Positions 54,123-63,903 of a stretch of 64,000 nt of DNA are shown piece by piece; positions within the stretch are counted from its first letter, which is position 1, and every line of letters starts with the position of its first letter. The stretch spans positions 30,660 through 94,659 of the forward strand of contig JAABRE010000007.1 of the NCBI GenBank assembly GCA_011391125.1. The letters are read 5' to 3'. This DNA is from Synechococcales cyanobacterium S06 (GTDB lineage: Bacteria; Cyanobacteriota; Cyanobacteriia; Cyanobacteriales; JAABRE01). The position numbers and the translations under genes were made by a program. The notes below the pieces were generated by a model that saw nothing but the letters and a program-made list of their open reading frames with translations, did not search any database and had not been told where the DNA came from.

Positions 54123-55184
54123 CTATTTTTGCTTAGGTAGGCGAGGATTATTCTGGTTAATTGGTCCTAATATTTTGTTTAAAATGCGCAGTTGTTCTGC
54201 TGTTCCCATGCAAATTAGCGAGTCTCCCGATAAGATTTGGGTGTCTCCCATGGGACCTGCAATTAGATTACCTTCATTGCGACGTATGGCTAAAACTAGC
54301 GCTCCTGAATGAGACCTCAACTTTGCTTCACTTAGGGTTTGACCGACAAAGGGACAATTTTCAGCGTCGATTTTAAATTCTTCCAAATAATAGGCTGTTT
54401 TACTGCCCGCAAGGATTCCGTCAACAAAATCCATGACTTGGGGTCGTAAAGCAGCTGCGGCTAAACGCTTTCCTCCGGTAATATAAGGGGAAATGACTGT
54501 ATCTGCTCCTGCGCGTTTCATTTTTTGGACGGCTTCTTCCGTACTTGCCCGGGCGATCGCCCGAATTTGGGGATTTAAGCTTTTTGCCGAGAGAATCGTG
54601 TAGAGATTATCGGCATCGGAACGTAAGGCGGCGACTAAACAGACTGCTTGCTCAATTTTAGCGGCGGATAAGCTTTCGTCTAAGGTTGCGTCTCCTTGAA
54701 GGGTAATAAAACCAAGTTGTTTGGCTTTTTCGAGTTCTTCTAAGTCCATGTCGATTAGTACAAAAGGGATTCCTTCGGCCTGAAATTCCAGAGCCACTTG
54801 GCGACCGGTTCGACCAAAGCCACAAACGATGTAATGTTGGGAGAGACTTGCAATCAATTTTTTTTGCTGATTTAAGATTATTCTTTCTTGAAAATAACCT
54901 TGAATGATGGCTTCTGTAAAGAGATTTACGATATAACCGATGGTGAATAATCCCGTTAAAATTAAACCACTGGTAAAAATGCGGGATTTTGGTCCCAGGG
55001 GATGAGTTTCGCCGAAACCCACGGTGGAAAGGGTGACAATGGTCATGTAAGCTGAGTCTAATATAGTCCAGCCCTCTACTAAGTAATACCATAAAGTGCC
55101 TGCTAGAAATAGGCTTCCCAGTAAGAGAAGGCTGAAGAATAATTGTTCTTTTAATTGTTGATATTTTTTGCCTAGTGATAACAA
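54123..55184 (-). CDS. Two-TM potassium channel with cytoplasmic RCK (TrkA-N/TrkA-C) domains
   Basis: 353 aa. The pore and selectivity filter read YMTIVTLSTVGFGE. The Rossmann-type RCK region reads HYIVCGFGRTGRQVA. A TrkA-C-like C-terminus follows. Confidence 0.85.
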   Translation of the reverse strand: MLSLGKKYQQLKEQLFFSLLLLGSLFLAGTLWYYLVEGWTILDSAYMTIVTLSTVGFGETHPLGPKSRIFTSGLILTGLFTIGYIVNLFTEAIIQGYFQERIILNQQKKLIASLSQHYIVCGFGRTGRQVALEFQAEGIPFVLIDMDLEELEKAKQLGFITLQGDATLDESLSAAKIEQAVCLVAALRSDADNLYTILSAKSLNPQIRAIARASTEEAVQKMKRAGADTVISPYITGGKRLAAAALRPQVMDFVDGILAGSKTAYYLEEFKIDAENCPFVGQTLSEAKLRSHSGALVLAIRRNEGNLIAGPMGDTQILSGDSLICMGTAEQLRILNKILGPINQNNPRLPKQK

Positions 55185-55311
55185 GTTTTTTCGCCTATTT
55201 TAAAATATAGAGATTTACAGATATTTTTTAGATCAAAAGGTAGCTTAGTTTAATTAAAATTTTGGTTAAGATTGCCGATGACAATTAACCATTAAGTAGA
55301 TGGTCATAATT

Positions 55312-55447
55312 AATTGTCTAAATCTAAAAGTTTGTTGTTGCGTGTAGGGGCACTTCGGCCGGAGTTCCCCTACATAAGATAGCGCGCACAGTGCAGCAAC
55401 AACAAACCTTCTTTATTTTTGACAATAAATTTTGCTTAGATGCTTAA
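55312..55447. repeat. Family B long hairpin element, copy B3 (136 bp)
   Basis: aattgtctaaatctaaaagtttgttgttgcgtgtaggggcacttcggccggagttcccctacataagatagcgcgcacagtgcagcaacaacaaaccttctttatttttgacaataaattttgcttagatgcttaa. Confidence 0.7.
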
Positions 55448-55472
55448 CAATTAACAATTGATAATTAACAAT
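55445..55472. repeat. Heptamer tandem repeat (TAACAAT, TAACAAT, TGATAAT, TAACAAT)
   Basis: Read directly. It abuts copy B3, just upstream of argD. Confidence 0.8.
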
Positions 55473-55491
55473 TCATGATTAGGAGTTTTTT

Positions 55492-56745
55492 GTGAGTAAT
55501 TCAATTTTAGTGGAAAATCCCCCCACAAGTTTTAATCAAGATCAGTTTAACACCTATGTGATGAACACTTATGGCCGTTTTCCGGTTGCGATTACTAAAG
55601 GGGAAGGGTGTCGTTTGTGGGATACCAATGGTAATGAATATCTGGATTTTGTGGCGGGAATTGCCACTTGTACTTTAGGTCATGCTCACCCCGCTTTGAT
55701 TAAAACTGTCACTGAGCAAATCCAAAAGTTACACCATATTTCTAATTTATACTACATTCCTGAACAGGGGGAGTTGGCGCAATGGCTGGTTGAACATTCC
55801 TGCGCTGATAAGGTATTTTTCTGTAATTCCGGTGCGGAAGCTAATGAAGCAGCCATCAAGTTGGTGCGGAAATATGCCCATACGGTGCAGGATTTTTTAG
55901 AACAACCAGTTATTTTGACTGCTAAGGATAGTTTCCATGGTCGGACTTTGGCCACTGTAACAGCAACTGGTCAACCGAAGTATCAGAAGCATTTTGAACC
56001 TTTAGTTCCGGGGTTTGAGTATGTCCCCTACAATGACATTGAGGCCGTGGAAAATGCGATCGCCGATATTGATGAAGGCAACCGTAGGGTAGCAGCGATT
56101 ATGCTAGAACCTTTACAGGGTGAAGGTGGAGTGCGTCCGGGAGATTTGGACTATTTCCTCAGATTGCGTCAAATTTGCGACGAAAATAGTATTTTGTTGG
56201 TTTTTGATGAAGTCCAAGTCGGAGTTGGCCGTACTGGGAAACTTTGGGGTTATGAAAATTTGGGTGTTGAACCTGACATCTTGACTAGCGCTAAGGGTTT
56301 AGCGGGGGGTATTCCCATCGGTGCTATGATGTGTAAGGATTTCTGCGATGTGTTTGAACCCGGCAACCATGCGAGTACCTTCGGAGGAAACCCGTTTGTT
56401 TGTGCCGCAGCGTTGACTGTTTTGAAAACTATCGAAACAGACAATATTTTACACAATGTTCAAGCACGGGGTGAACAATTACGCACTAATTTGAGGGCGA
56501 TCGCCAATAAGTATCCTCAATTATTCAGCGATGTCCGTGGTTGGGGTTTAATCAACGGCATGGAAATTAAGGCCGATGTTGAGTTAACGTCTCTGGTTTT
56601 GGTGGAAGCAGCTATGAAAGCGGGTTTGTTGCTTGCGCCAGCCGGTCCCAAAGTGTTGCGTTTTGTGCCTCCTTTAATTGTTTCTGAAGCTGAAATCAAT
56701 CAAGCTACGGAAATTTTAGATCAGGTTATTGCTTCTGTTCTTTAA
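55492..56745 (+). CDS. argD: Acetylornithine aminotransferase (class III PLP aminotransferase)
   Basis: 417 aa with a GTG start. Y.R.PVAI..GEG..LWD..GNEYLDF..GIA...LGH.HP, FFCNSGAEANEAAIKL, FDEVQVGVGRTG and the PLP Lys context TSAKGLAGG are present. Confidence 0.9.
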   Translation: MSNSILVENPPTSFNQDQFNTYVMNTYGRFPVAITKGEGCRLWDTNGNEYLDFVAGIATCTLGHAHPALIKTVTEQIQKLHHISNLYYIPEQGELAQWLVEHSCADKVFFCNSGAEANEAAIKLVRKYAHTVQDFLEQPVILTAKDSFHGRTLATVTATGQPKYQKHFEPLVPGFEYVPYNDIEAVENAIADIDEGNRRVAAIMLEPLQGEGGVRPGDLDYFLRLRQICDENSILLVFDEVQVGVGRTGKLWGYENLGVEPDILTSAKGLAGGIPIGAMMCKDFCDVFEPGNHASTFGGNPFVCAAALTVLKTIETDNILHNVQARGEQLRTNLRAIANKYPQLFSDVRGWGLINGMEIKADVELTSLVLVEAAMKAGLLLAPAGPKVLRFVPPLIVSEAEINQATEILDQVIASVL

Positions 56746-56751
56746 TTCATT

Positions 56752-56784
56752 AAAAATCCGATTTTTATCAAAAATCGGATTTTT
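56752..56784 (+). terminator. argD terminator: perfect 15-bp palindrome AAAAATCCGATTTTT-ATC-AAAAATCGGATTTTT
   Basis: Read directly. It begins 7 nt after the argD stop, and the 3' arm ends in T5. Confidence 0.7.
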
Positions 56785-56833
56785 GAGTTTACTGATTATA
56801 ATCGTAAATGTTGACAACTAAATAAGGGGTTAA

Positions 56834-57292
56834 ATGATGGTACAAACTCAAGCAGAAATTAGTCTTAAGGACTTGTATGAAATTGACGAATATTTATGGT
56901 TAGAGAAAAGTATTGAGTTAATCAAAAATAAGCAATATAATCAGCTAGATTTTGACCATTTATTAGAGGAGTTAGAGGAATTGAGTCGTCGAGATAGAGC
57001 TACTATTAAAAGTTACGTTGAATTAATTATTCTTCATCTGTTATTACTCCAATATTGGCGAGAAGAATACAATTATAATGCGAACCATTGGCAAATAGAA
57101 ATTATTAATTTTAGGAGTCGTTTAGAAACAAGATTAACTAAAACCTTTCGTAATTATTTAGAAGAAAATTTAGATAATATCTATAAAACGGCTTTTAAAG
57201 TTGCTACGAAAAAAACCAATAATCAGATTAATTTTCCTCAAATTTGTCCCTATACTTTAGAGCAGATTTTGGATGATGATTTTATTTTTTAA
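56834..57292 (+). CDS. DUF29 domain protein
   Basis: 152 aa. LYEIDEYLWLEKSIELIKNKQYNQLDFDHLLEELEELSRRDRATIKSYVELIILHLLLLQYW is the DUF29 signature. Confidence 0.8.
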   Translation: MMVQTQAEISLKDLYEIDEYLWLEKSIELIKNKQYNQLDFDHLLEELEELSRRDRATIKSYVELIILHLLLLQYWREEYNYNANHWQIEIINFRSRLETRLTKTFRNYLEENLDNIYKTAFKVATKKTNNQINFPQICPYTLEQILDDDFIF

Positions 57293-57367
57293 TAATAAAA
57301 AATGGTGGGTTACAACGGATATTTAATTTGAAAATTTACCTCGATATTTTCCCCAGTCTAACCCACC

Positions 57368-57931
57368 CTACATAATTATTTTTGTTAAGGTTTCTAGCCT
57401 TTTTTGATATTCAAAATCGTCGAAAACAGGAGTTAAATTATCCTCTGAAATTTGCTCTAATAAGTTAAGCCAAGATCGACAACCGCTATATTCTTGAGAG
57501 TAGGAAATAGTGACAGGTTGCGGTAAGTTATATACCCGAAGTAGGAGGATATTTAAAGGTTGTTTAGGTTTGAATTTTAGGCGATCGCTGATAAATTTTT
57601 CGTTCCAAATATGGTAGGGTAATAAATTATTAATAATTTCAGGATCGTCTATTAAAAAAGAGTGTGTTACACTAGCTTTACCTTTAATTTCTACCGTTTC
57701 TGGATGCCAACCTGATGTTACAGGAGTAACAAATTCACGGTAATTTTCCTTTAAAAGTTCAGGTTTTTGGTGTTCAAAAGTGGGGTATAACCAGAAGTTT
57801 TCTTGTTCTAATTTAAAGCCTTTACCTATCTCTTTTATACCTCCTTTTCTCAGTAATAAAATCATTGTACCTTCACTTAAAGCATTAACTGCGACATCCC
57901 ATTCTTTTAAAGCCAGATTATTTTGATTCAT
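57368..57931 (-). CDS. DUF1802 family protein
   Basis: 187 aa. ALKEWDVAVNALSEGTMILLLRKGGIKE resembles the conserved DUF1802 N-terminus. Assigned from memory. Confidence 0.65.
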   Translation of the reverse strand: MNQNNLALKEWDVAVNALSEGTMILLLRKGGIKEIGKGFKLEQENFWLYPTFEHQKPELLKENYREFVTPVTSGWHPETVEIKGKASVTHSFLIDDPEIINNLLPYHIWNEKFISDRLKFKPKQPLNILLLRVYNLPQPVTISYSQEYSGCRSWLNLLEQISEDNLTPVFDDFEYQKRLETLTKIIM

Positions 57932-58012
57932 AGTTAAAATATAAGATAATTATAAACATCTGGCATTTTAGCAACTGTTTTGCTTAACATTTGTGGATAA
58001 TTAAATAAATAT

Positions 58013-58118
58013 TATAGTATTTTTAGTTGATATTGTACCTCTTTTTTCCCCATCTCTCTTTGGGATGAGGGGATTGGAGGGTGAGGGGGTATATAATACT
58101 TAATCAGAAAATGCTATA
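58013..58118 (+). repeat. MITE-like element family A, copy 5 (106 bp)
   Basis: tatagtatttttagttgatattgtacctc...ctctctttgggatgagggg...gtgagggggtatataatacttaatcagaaaatgctata. The terminal inverted repeats are TATAG(T/C)ATTTT. Confidence 0.7.
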
Positions 58119-58138
58119 TAACTAATCAAAGATATATT

Positions 58139-59179
58139 ATGACTTCCCAAGGTATTTATACATTAGCGAATGATGTTGTTTCTGACCAGCTTGTAGCTTT
58201 ATTAAATAGCATTGAAAGGAATGTTAGTCCAGATATTCCTATTTGTGTCATTCCCTATGATGACCGACTTGAAAAAGTAAAAAAAGAAATTGATTTAAGA
58301 CAAAATGTAACTTTATTTGATAATCAAGAATCCATTAAACGTTGGGAAAATTTTGCCCAAGTCGTTTGGTCTAATCATCCAAGAGCAAGTCAAACTAATT
58401 TAAAATTACCTAATTGGTATGGAGGACATTTACAAAGAAAATTTGTCGCTTTTGATGGTGAATTTGAGAAGTTTGTCTTTTATGATGGTGATAGTTTGGC
58501 CATGAAACCTCTTGATAATCTTTTTGAAAAACTTAACACCTATGATTTTGTTTTTGATGATTGGGAACATAAAAAACCTACCCCAGTAGCAGCTTTAAAT
58601 ATAGCTAAAATTGAAGCTTCAGGTTTATATCAAGAAGCAGATATTCGTCCGAAACTTCACTGTGGGAGTTTTTTTGCTTCTAAAAAAGGCCTATTTAATG
58701 ATAAAGAAATTAAATCTTTCCAAAAATTACTGATAGAAAAAAGAGAAATTGAATGGATTAATGGGGATGATTGGTGGGGAGAAGTTAATTTATTTAATTA
58801 TTTAACTTTACGAAGCGATCGCCCCCTTTATAACTTTACTTTAAGTGAAAATGCACAAGATCGCACGGGAAATTGTGCCGGTGTCGATCCGTTTGTAAAT
58901 ATTGATAATGTGCTTTACAATAAACAGGGATTAAAACCGATTCATCGGCTTCATTACATGAATTATTCATCTAAAGATTTTGCTCGTTTATGTCAGGGAT
59001 ATGATGTTGATATTGGCTATAAAGAGGAGTTTTTATATTACCGTTTTTGGAAAAATCCTGAACAAAGACCAAAGTATTTAAAACCACAGGATAAAACCGA
59101 ACAAATTAAACAGAAAATTACCAATAAAGGTCAGCACATGAAAGCTTGGTTTTACCGTAATTTTCAGAAAAAATGTTAA
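58139..59179 (+). CDS. Putative glycosyltransferase, GT8-like nucleotide-diphospho-sugar transferase fold
   Basis: 346 aa. The N-terminus IYTLANDVVSDQLVALLNSIERNVSPDIPICVIPYDD and the DxD-like FVFYDGDSLAMKPLDNLF resemble GT8 architecture. Not verified. Confidence 0.45.
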   Translation: MTSQGIYTLANDVVSDQLVALLNSIERNVSPDIPICVIPYDDRLEKVKKEIDLRQNVTLFDNQESIKRWENFAQVVWSNHPRASQTNLKLPNWYGGHLQRKFVAFDGEFEKFVFYDGDSLAMKPLDNLFEKLNTYDFVFDDWEHKKPTPVAALNIAKIEASGLYQEADIRPKLHCGSFFASKKGLFNDKEIKSFQKLLIEKREIEWINGDDWWGEVNLFNYLTLRSDRPLYNFTLSENAQDRTGNCAGVDPFVNIDNVLYNKQGLKPIHRLHYMNYSSKDFARLCQGYDVDIGYKEEFLYYRFWKNPEQRPKYLKPQDKTEQIKQKITNKGQHMKAWFYRNFQKKC

Positions 59180-59202
59180 TAGACTTTTTGGAGGAATAAT
59201 AG

Positions 59203-59565
59203 ATGTTTGATTATGAATCTGCGAGGCGTTATCTGCGAGAAAAACAAGAATCTTTGCACCGAAAACGGCTTAATTTATGGACAAAAGCTAAACAAGATAG
59301 TGATAATATTATTAAGATGATTCGGGAAAAATACGAACCAGAAAAAATTATTCAATGGGGTTCAGTTTTGGAATCAAAACATTTTTCCGAAGCTTCCGAC
59401 ATTGATTTGGCCGTGGTAGGAATAGATAGTATAAAGTTTATGGGATTATTGGCGGATGCTGAAGATTTGACGGATTTTCCTTTAGATTTAATTAAGTGGG
59501 AAAATATCCATCCCTCATTTCAAAAAATCATTTTAATGAAAGGGAAAATTGTCTATGAAAAGTGA
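59203..59565 (+). CDS. Minimal nucleotidyltransferase (MNT-type antitoxin-like)
   Basis: 120 aa. The GS...D.D motif is IIQWGSVLESKHFSEASDIDLAVVG. Confidence 0.75.
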   Translation: MFDYESARRYLREKQESLHRKRLNLWTKAKQDSDNIIKMIREKYEPEKIIQWGSVLESKHFSEASDIDLAVVGIDSIKFMGLLADAEDLTDFPLDLIKWENIHPSFQKIILMKGKIVYEK

Positions 59566-60049
59566 GGAATTGTTATTATTAGTAGGGGAAATAAAAGAGA
59601 GTCAAATTGTACTTAAGAATATAGATAATTTGTATGTTTCCTATAGTCCCATGTTTACAGATGAAAATAAAAGAGATTTAAGGGATGCTGTGTTATTAGC
59701 AGACATTCTGTGTAATACTTATACCTGTGTGGAAACCGTATTATTTCGCATTTCTAGGATGTTTGAAAATCATTTAGATAGTCAACAATGGCACAAAGAA
59801 TTATTAAGAAAAATGCGTATTGAGATACCAGGTATTCGCAAAGCTGTTTTGTCTCGTGAATCTTATCAACTATTAGATGAATTGAGGAGATTTCGACACT
59901 TTAAAAGATACTATTATGATTTTGAATATGACTGGTCTCGGTTAGACTATCTGAGAGTAATCTATGAAAGATTAGCACCCTTGATTCAAAACGAGTTGGA
60001 AAATTATCTCAATTTTTTACAGGAATGTGTAAATACAGACTATGGTTAG
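59549..60049 (+). CDS. HEPN-like partner of the MNT protein (putative)
   Basis: 166 aa, overlapping the MNT gene by 17 bp (the typical MNT-HEPN arrangement). It is all-helical, with an R...H-type motif in DELRRFRHFKRYYYDFEYD. Confidence 0.45.
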   Translation: MSMKSEELLLLVGEIKESQIVLKNIDNLYVSYSPMFTDENKRDLRDAVLLADILCNTYTCVETVLFRISRMFENHLDSQQWHKELLRKMRIEIPGIRKAVLSRESYQLLDELRRFRHFKRYYYDFEYDWSRLDYLRVIYERLAPLIQNELENYLNFLQECVNTDYG

Positions 60050-60326
60050 CTCAGGTAGATAATGCTTATATTCGTTATTAAGGAGGAGTTTTTATCTTGC
60101 CGATTTGGGAAAAATTCCGCACAAAAATTAAAGGAGTTAAAACGGCAAAATTAATATCAAAATAATTACTAAAAAAGTATAGGGATTAGGAGATTAAAAA
60201 TATGGGACAAGTATTTTGAAAATAATAAAAATTTGCCTAAGAATTTTTCTTGCTTTCAGCAATGGATAACAAGAGAAAATATATCTTATCAAGATAATAT
60301 ATTTAAAAATCCGAGGAATTAAAATA

Positions 60327-61514
60327 ATGAAAATTTGTTTATTTTGGGCGACTGTATATTCAGGAAATATGGGAGTTAATGCACTAACCTATTCAGCTTT
60401 AGTGTATTTAGACGAGTTATCTCAAATGATTAATCAGAACTTTGAATACACCTTAATTGGTACAGGAAAAAATCAGATTATTAAAGATAAAATAGAGCTA
60501 AATTGCCGAGAACTAGATTTTAATTTTTATCCCATATATGGCTATAATAATAGAACGGCTTTACTAAAACCTAAATCTTTATCATTTTATCAAGCCGTTA
60601 AAGAAGCAGACTTAATTATAGATTTAGGAGAGGGTGATAGTTTTACTGATATATATGGTAATGATAGATTTAAAAAGTTATTTATAACTAAATTGTATTG
60701 CTTATTGTTAAGGAAAAAGGTAGTTTTATTTCCGCAAACAATCGGTCCTTTTAATCAAAAATGGAATCGGTTATTAGCTAATTTTATTATGGCAAAAATG
60801 AAGGCTATTTACGTCCGTGATGACTTAAGTTATGACTATTGTCGTCAGAACCTTCCTCATTACAATTCTTTAAAAAAATATACAGATTTAGCTTTTAATT
60901 TACCTTTTGATAAAGTAGATTTTGATAATGGAAATATTAACATTGGTCTGAATATTTCAGCTTTACTCTGGAACGGAGGTTATAATAAAAATAACCAGTT
61001 TGCTTTGCAAGTGAATTATCCAAAAATGATCACCAATATTCTTGATTTATTAAATCAGAAAAATAATTGTTTGATTCATTTGGTTTCCCATGTTATCAGT
61101 CCATCATTTCCCATCGAAAATGATTATGAAGTTTGTAAGAAATTGCAATTAATGTTTCCTCAGACCAGACTCGCTCCTTCTTTTTCTTCTCCAGTTAAAG
61201 CGAAAAGTTATATTAGTGGTCTAGATTTTTTTATAGGTTCAAGAATGCACTCTTGTATTGCGGCTTTATCTGCCGGAGTACCTGTTATACCTATAGCCTA
61301 TAGTAGAAAGTTTACTGGACTTTTTAACCATACTCTTGACTATCCTTATGTAGCTGATCCCACTGTCGACAATGAAGAAGATGTTATTCAATTTATTGAC
61401 AATCAACTTAATAATATTGATCAGCTTAAAGAAAGAGTAAAGATTTCAACTATTATTATTGAAAGGTATAATCAAGAATTTTTCAATGAACTAAAAGTTT
61501 TATTTACAAAATGA
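60327..61514 (+). CDS. Polysaccharide pyruvyl transferase family protein
   Basis: 395 aa. GNMGVNALTYSAL, DLGEGDSFTDIYG and FIGSRMHSCIAALSAGVPVIPIAYSRKF are typical of the PS_pyruv_trans family. Confidence 0.8.
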   Translation: MKICLFWATVYSGNMGVNALTYSALVYLDELSQMINQNFEYTLIGTGKNQIIKDKIELNCRELDFNFYPIYGYNNRTALLKPKSLSFYQAVKEADLIIDLGEGDSFTDIYGNDRFKKLFITKLYCLLLRKKVVLFPQTIGPFNQKWNRLLANFIMAKMKAIYVRDDLSYDYCRQNLPHYNSLKKYTDLAFNLPFDKVDFDNGNINIGLNISALLWNGGYNKNNQFALQVNYPKMITNILDLLNQKNNCLIHLVSHVISPSFPIENDYEVCKKLQLMFPQTRLAPSFSSPVKAKSYISGLDFFIGSRMHSCIAALSAGVPVIPIAYSRKFTGLFNHTLDYPYVADPTVDNEEDVIQFIDNQLNNIDQLKERVKISTIIIERYNQEFFNELKVLFTK

Positions 61515-62824
61515 TGAAAAGTGTTAAAGATGTTGATCAAGCTAATCTTTGTATAGGCTGTGGAATCTGTGAAGGTATTGCTCCCGAAAATGCCATTAAA
61601 CTTGAGTTGGGGTGTGATGGCTTTTATCATCCCCATGTTAAAAATCAAGATCAAGAACCTTGGGACAAAATTAAAAAAATTTGTCCTGGTGTAATAGTTA
61701 ATCAAGAAACAAAGCTCAATACCAAACAAGAAAAATTATGGGGGCCGATCTCCGCTTCCTGGGTAGGTTATTCAACAGATGAGGAGATTCGTTGGCAGGC
61801 TTCTTCGGGAGGAGGGATAACTGGTTTATTACAATTTTTATTAGAAAAAGGATTAGTAACTAAGGTCATTCATATTGGTAGAGCTTTATCTAATTCTTTG
61901 ACAAATACGGTATATATTAGTCGTAATCGAGAGGATATCCTCAAAAATTCGGGTTCGCGATATGCTCCAGCCGCACCTTTAACATCCATCAAAAAAATAC
62001 TAACTGATACTAATAAAACTGACAAATTTGCTTTTGTCGGAAAGCCTTGTGATGTCGCAGCTTTGAAAGCATACTTAAAGATACATGGGGAATTTCAAGA
62101 ACAAATGGTAATTCTAATTACTTTTATGTGTGCTGGTACTCCTAGTCTCAAAGGTACAGAAGCCTTAATAAAAGCTTTGGGAGTTGATCAGGAAACCGTA
62201 GAAGACTTTTGGTATCGAGGAAGAGGTTGGCCGGGGCAAGCTACAGCAATTGATAAAAACGGAAATCATTTTTCTCGCAGTTATAATGATTCTTGGGGGT
62301 CAATACTAAATAAACATTTACACTTTAGATGCAAGATTTGTCCTGATGGAATGGGTACTATGGGAGATCTTACTTTTGGAGATGCTTGGGAAGAAGAGAA
62401 TGGTTATCCTAGTTTTGAGGAACAAGAGGGAAAAAGTCTGATTATTGCTAGAAATAATAAAGGTAAAAATTTAATTGAACAGGCAGTAAATAATGGCTAT
62501 TTAAAAGTTGATAATTATTCTCTTGATCATCTTGAAAAAATTCAACCCTATCAAGCAGAAAGAAAAAAATTAATTGGTTCAAGAATCTTGGCTTTAAGAT
62601 TAACAGGACTATTCTATCCCCAATTTTCGGGATTTTATTTGAGAGAAAATTCTTTATTAGTAAGTTTAAGGGAAAATATCAACAATACAGTAGGTACTTT
62701 AGAAAGACTTAGTAGTAAAAGTAAATTCAATTATTTTGTCTTTAAAGTATTCAGTATTTTTTCTCTTATGATTCAAAAAATCGGTATAATATTAAGATAT
62801 TTTTTATCTAAACCTAAGTCTTAA
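61511..62824 (+). CDS. FrhB/FdhB-like (coenzyme F420 hydrogenase beta-type) Fe-S flavoprotein, polysaccharide-cluster type
   Basis: 437 aa with a ferredoxin-like CIGCGICEGIAPENAI motif. SSGGGITGLL..., FVGKPCDVAALK and FGDAWEEE are FrhB N/C-domain patterns. There is a 4-bp overlap with the pyruvyl transferase gene. Confidence 0.7.
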   Translation: MMKSVKDVDQANLCIGCGICEGIAPENAIKLELGCDGFYHPHVKNQDQEPWDKIKKICPGVIVNQETKLNTKQEKLWGPISASWVGYSTDEEIRWQASSGGGITGLLQFLLEKGLVTKVIHIGRALSNSLTNTVYISRNREDILKNSGSRYAPAAPLTSIKKILTDTNKTDKFAFVGKPCDVAALKAYLKIHGEFQEQMVILITFMCAGTPSLKGTEALIKALGVDQETVEDFWYRGRGWPGQATAIDKNGNHFSRSYNDSWGSILNKHLHFRCKICPDGMGTMGDLTFGDAWEEENGYPSFEEQEGKSLIIARNNKGKNLIEQAVNNGYLKVDNYSLDHLEKIQPYQAERKKLIGSRILALRLTGLFYPQFSGFYLRENSLLVSLRENINNTVGTLERLSSKSKFNYFVFKVFSIFSLMIQKIGIILRYFLSKPKS

Positions 62825-62854
62825 ACAGCAAAAATAAAAGCATTTAAAATAACA

Positions 62855-63889
62855 ATGAAACCTAAAGTATCAATAATTTTACCTAGTCTAAATAATAGAC
62901 AATACCTAGACAAAAGACTCCAGACAATCCTCAATCAAACTTTCACAGATTGGGAATTGATTGTTATTGATAATTACTCAGATGATGGAGCTTGGGAATT
63001 AATTGAAAAATATGCCGAACAAGAACCCAGAATGCGAATTTCTCAAGCTCCAAGGGAGGGAATGTATGTTAATTGGAATAATTGTCTGAATTTAGCTCAG
63101 GGAGAATATATTTATATTGCCACTAATGATGATGTCATGACTCCTGATTGTTTGGAGAAAATGGTAACAGGATTAGAAGACTATCCCGAATGTGATTTAT
63201 GTCATTGTTGTTTAACAATTATGGATCAAAAAGATCGGGAAATAAAAGACTTTTGGTATCAACGGCCAGCACAATTATTTTACGGTGAATTAATCCAGCA
63301 AAAACATATTCGTTTTGCCCCTTATGATGGTATTTTATATTGTGCTTTTGAAACCGTATATTTTGGTCCATTACAGTTATTAATTAGGCGATCTGTTTTT
63401 GAGAAAATCGGTTTATTTGGTACAAATTGGGGACCTGGGGCTGATTTTGAATGGGGAATGCGAGCAGCTTTGGTGTGTAATACCCTTCATATTCCTGAAG
63501 AATTAGCTTCATGGAGAATTCATCCCCAACAAGCTACTAAACATGAAGCCCATAAAACTTCAGCACAAAAAATTCACTATTTAGAGATGGTAAAATCAGC
63601 TTTACCAATTCTCGAAAAATATAACCCTGAATTTTACCAAAAGTTAAATTTAGAGAGCTTATTTTTTGTGTATAAAAGGCAAGCATTAAGGTTAGGTTTA
63701 AAAGAACAGTCAGGCCTAATTAATAAAATTAAATATGCTTTGTCTTTTCTCTCTCCTAATCCTTTTTTCTTAGTAAAATTTCTCTATAGAAGGGCATTTT
63801 TTCCCAGAAATCAAAGTGATGATTTCACTTATATTAGAAATGAGTTGAAACGATTAGGTTTAGAATATAATATTAAAGTAATTCCCTAG
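62855..63889 (+). CDS. Family 2 glycosyltransferase
   Basis: 344 aa. VSIILPSLNNRQYLDKRLQTILNQTFTDWELIVIDNYSDDG plus the acidic-motif context YIATNDDVM. Confidence 0.85.
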   Translation: MKPKVSIILPSLNNRQYLDKRLQTILNQTFTDWELIVIDNYSDDGAWELIEKYAEQEPRMRISQAPREGMYVNWNNCLNLAQGEYIYIATNDDVMTPDCLEKMVTGLEDYPECDLCHCCLTIMDQKDREIKDFWYQRPAQLFYGELIQQKHIRFAPYDGILYCAFETVYFGPLQLLIRRSVFEKIGLFGTNWGPGADFEWGMRAALVCNTLHIPEELASWRIHPQQATKHEAHKTSAQKIHYLEMVKSALPILEKYNPEFYQKLNLESLFFVYKRQALRLGLKEQSGLINKIKYALSFLSPNPFFLVKFLYRRAFFPRNQSDDFTYIRNELKRLGLEYNIKVIP

Positions 63890-63903
63890 TTTTTGGTTTT
63901 TAA

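Noticed and set aside
54658-55092. 144-aa same-strand, alternative-frame ORF and 54161-54376(+) inside the K+ channel gene
   Set aside because: They have an Arg/Ser-rich, out-of-frame composition. The channel frame has the TVGFGE filter and RCK motifs.
60097-60165. 22-codon TTG-initiated ORF (PIWEKFRTKIKGVKTAKLISK) preceded by AAGGAGG
   Set aside because: The Shine-Dalgarno spacing is attractive, but the ORF is very short, starts with TTG, has Lys-rich AT-biased content and has no known homologue that I recognise. The evidence is insufficient.
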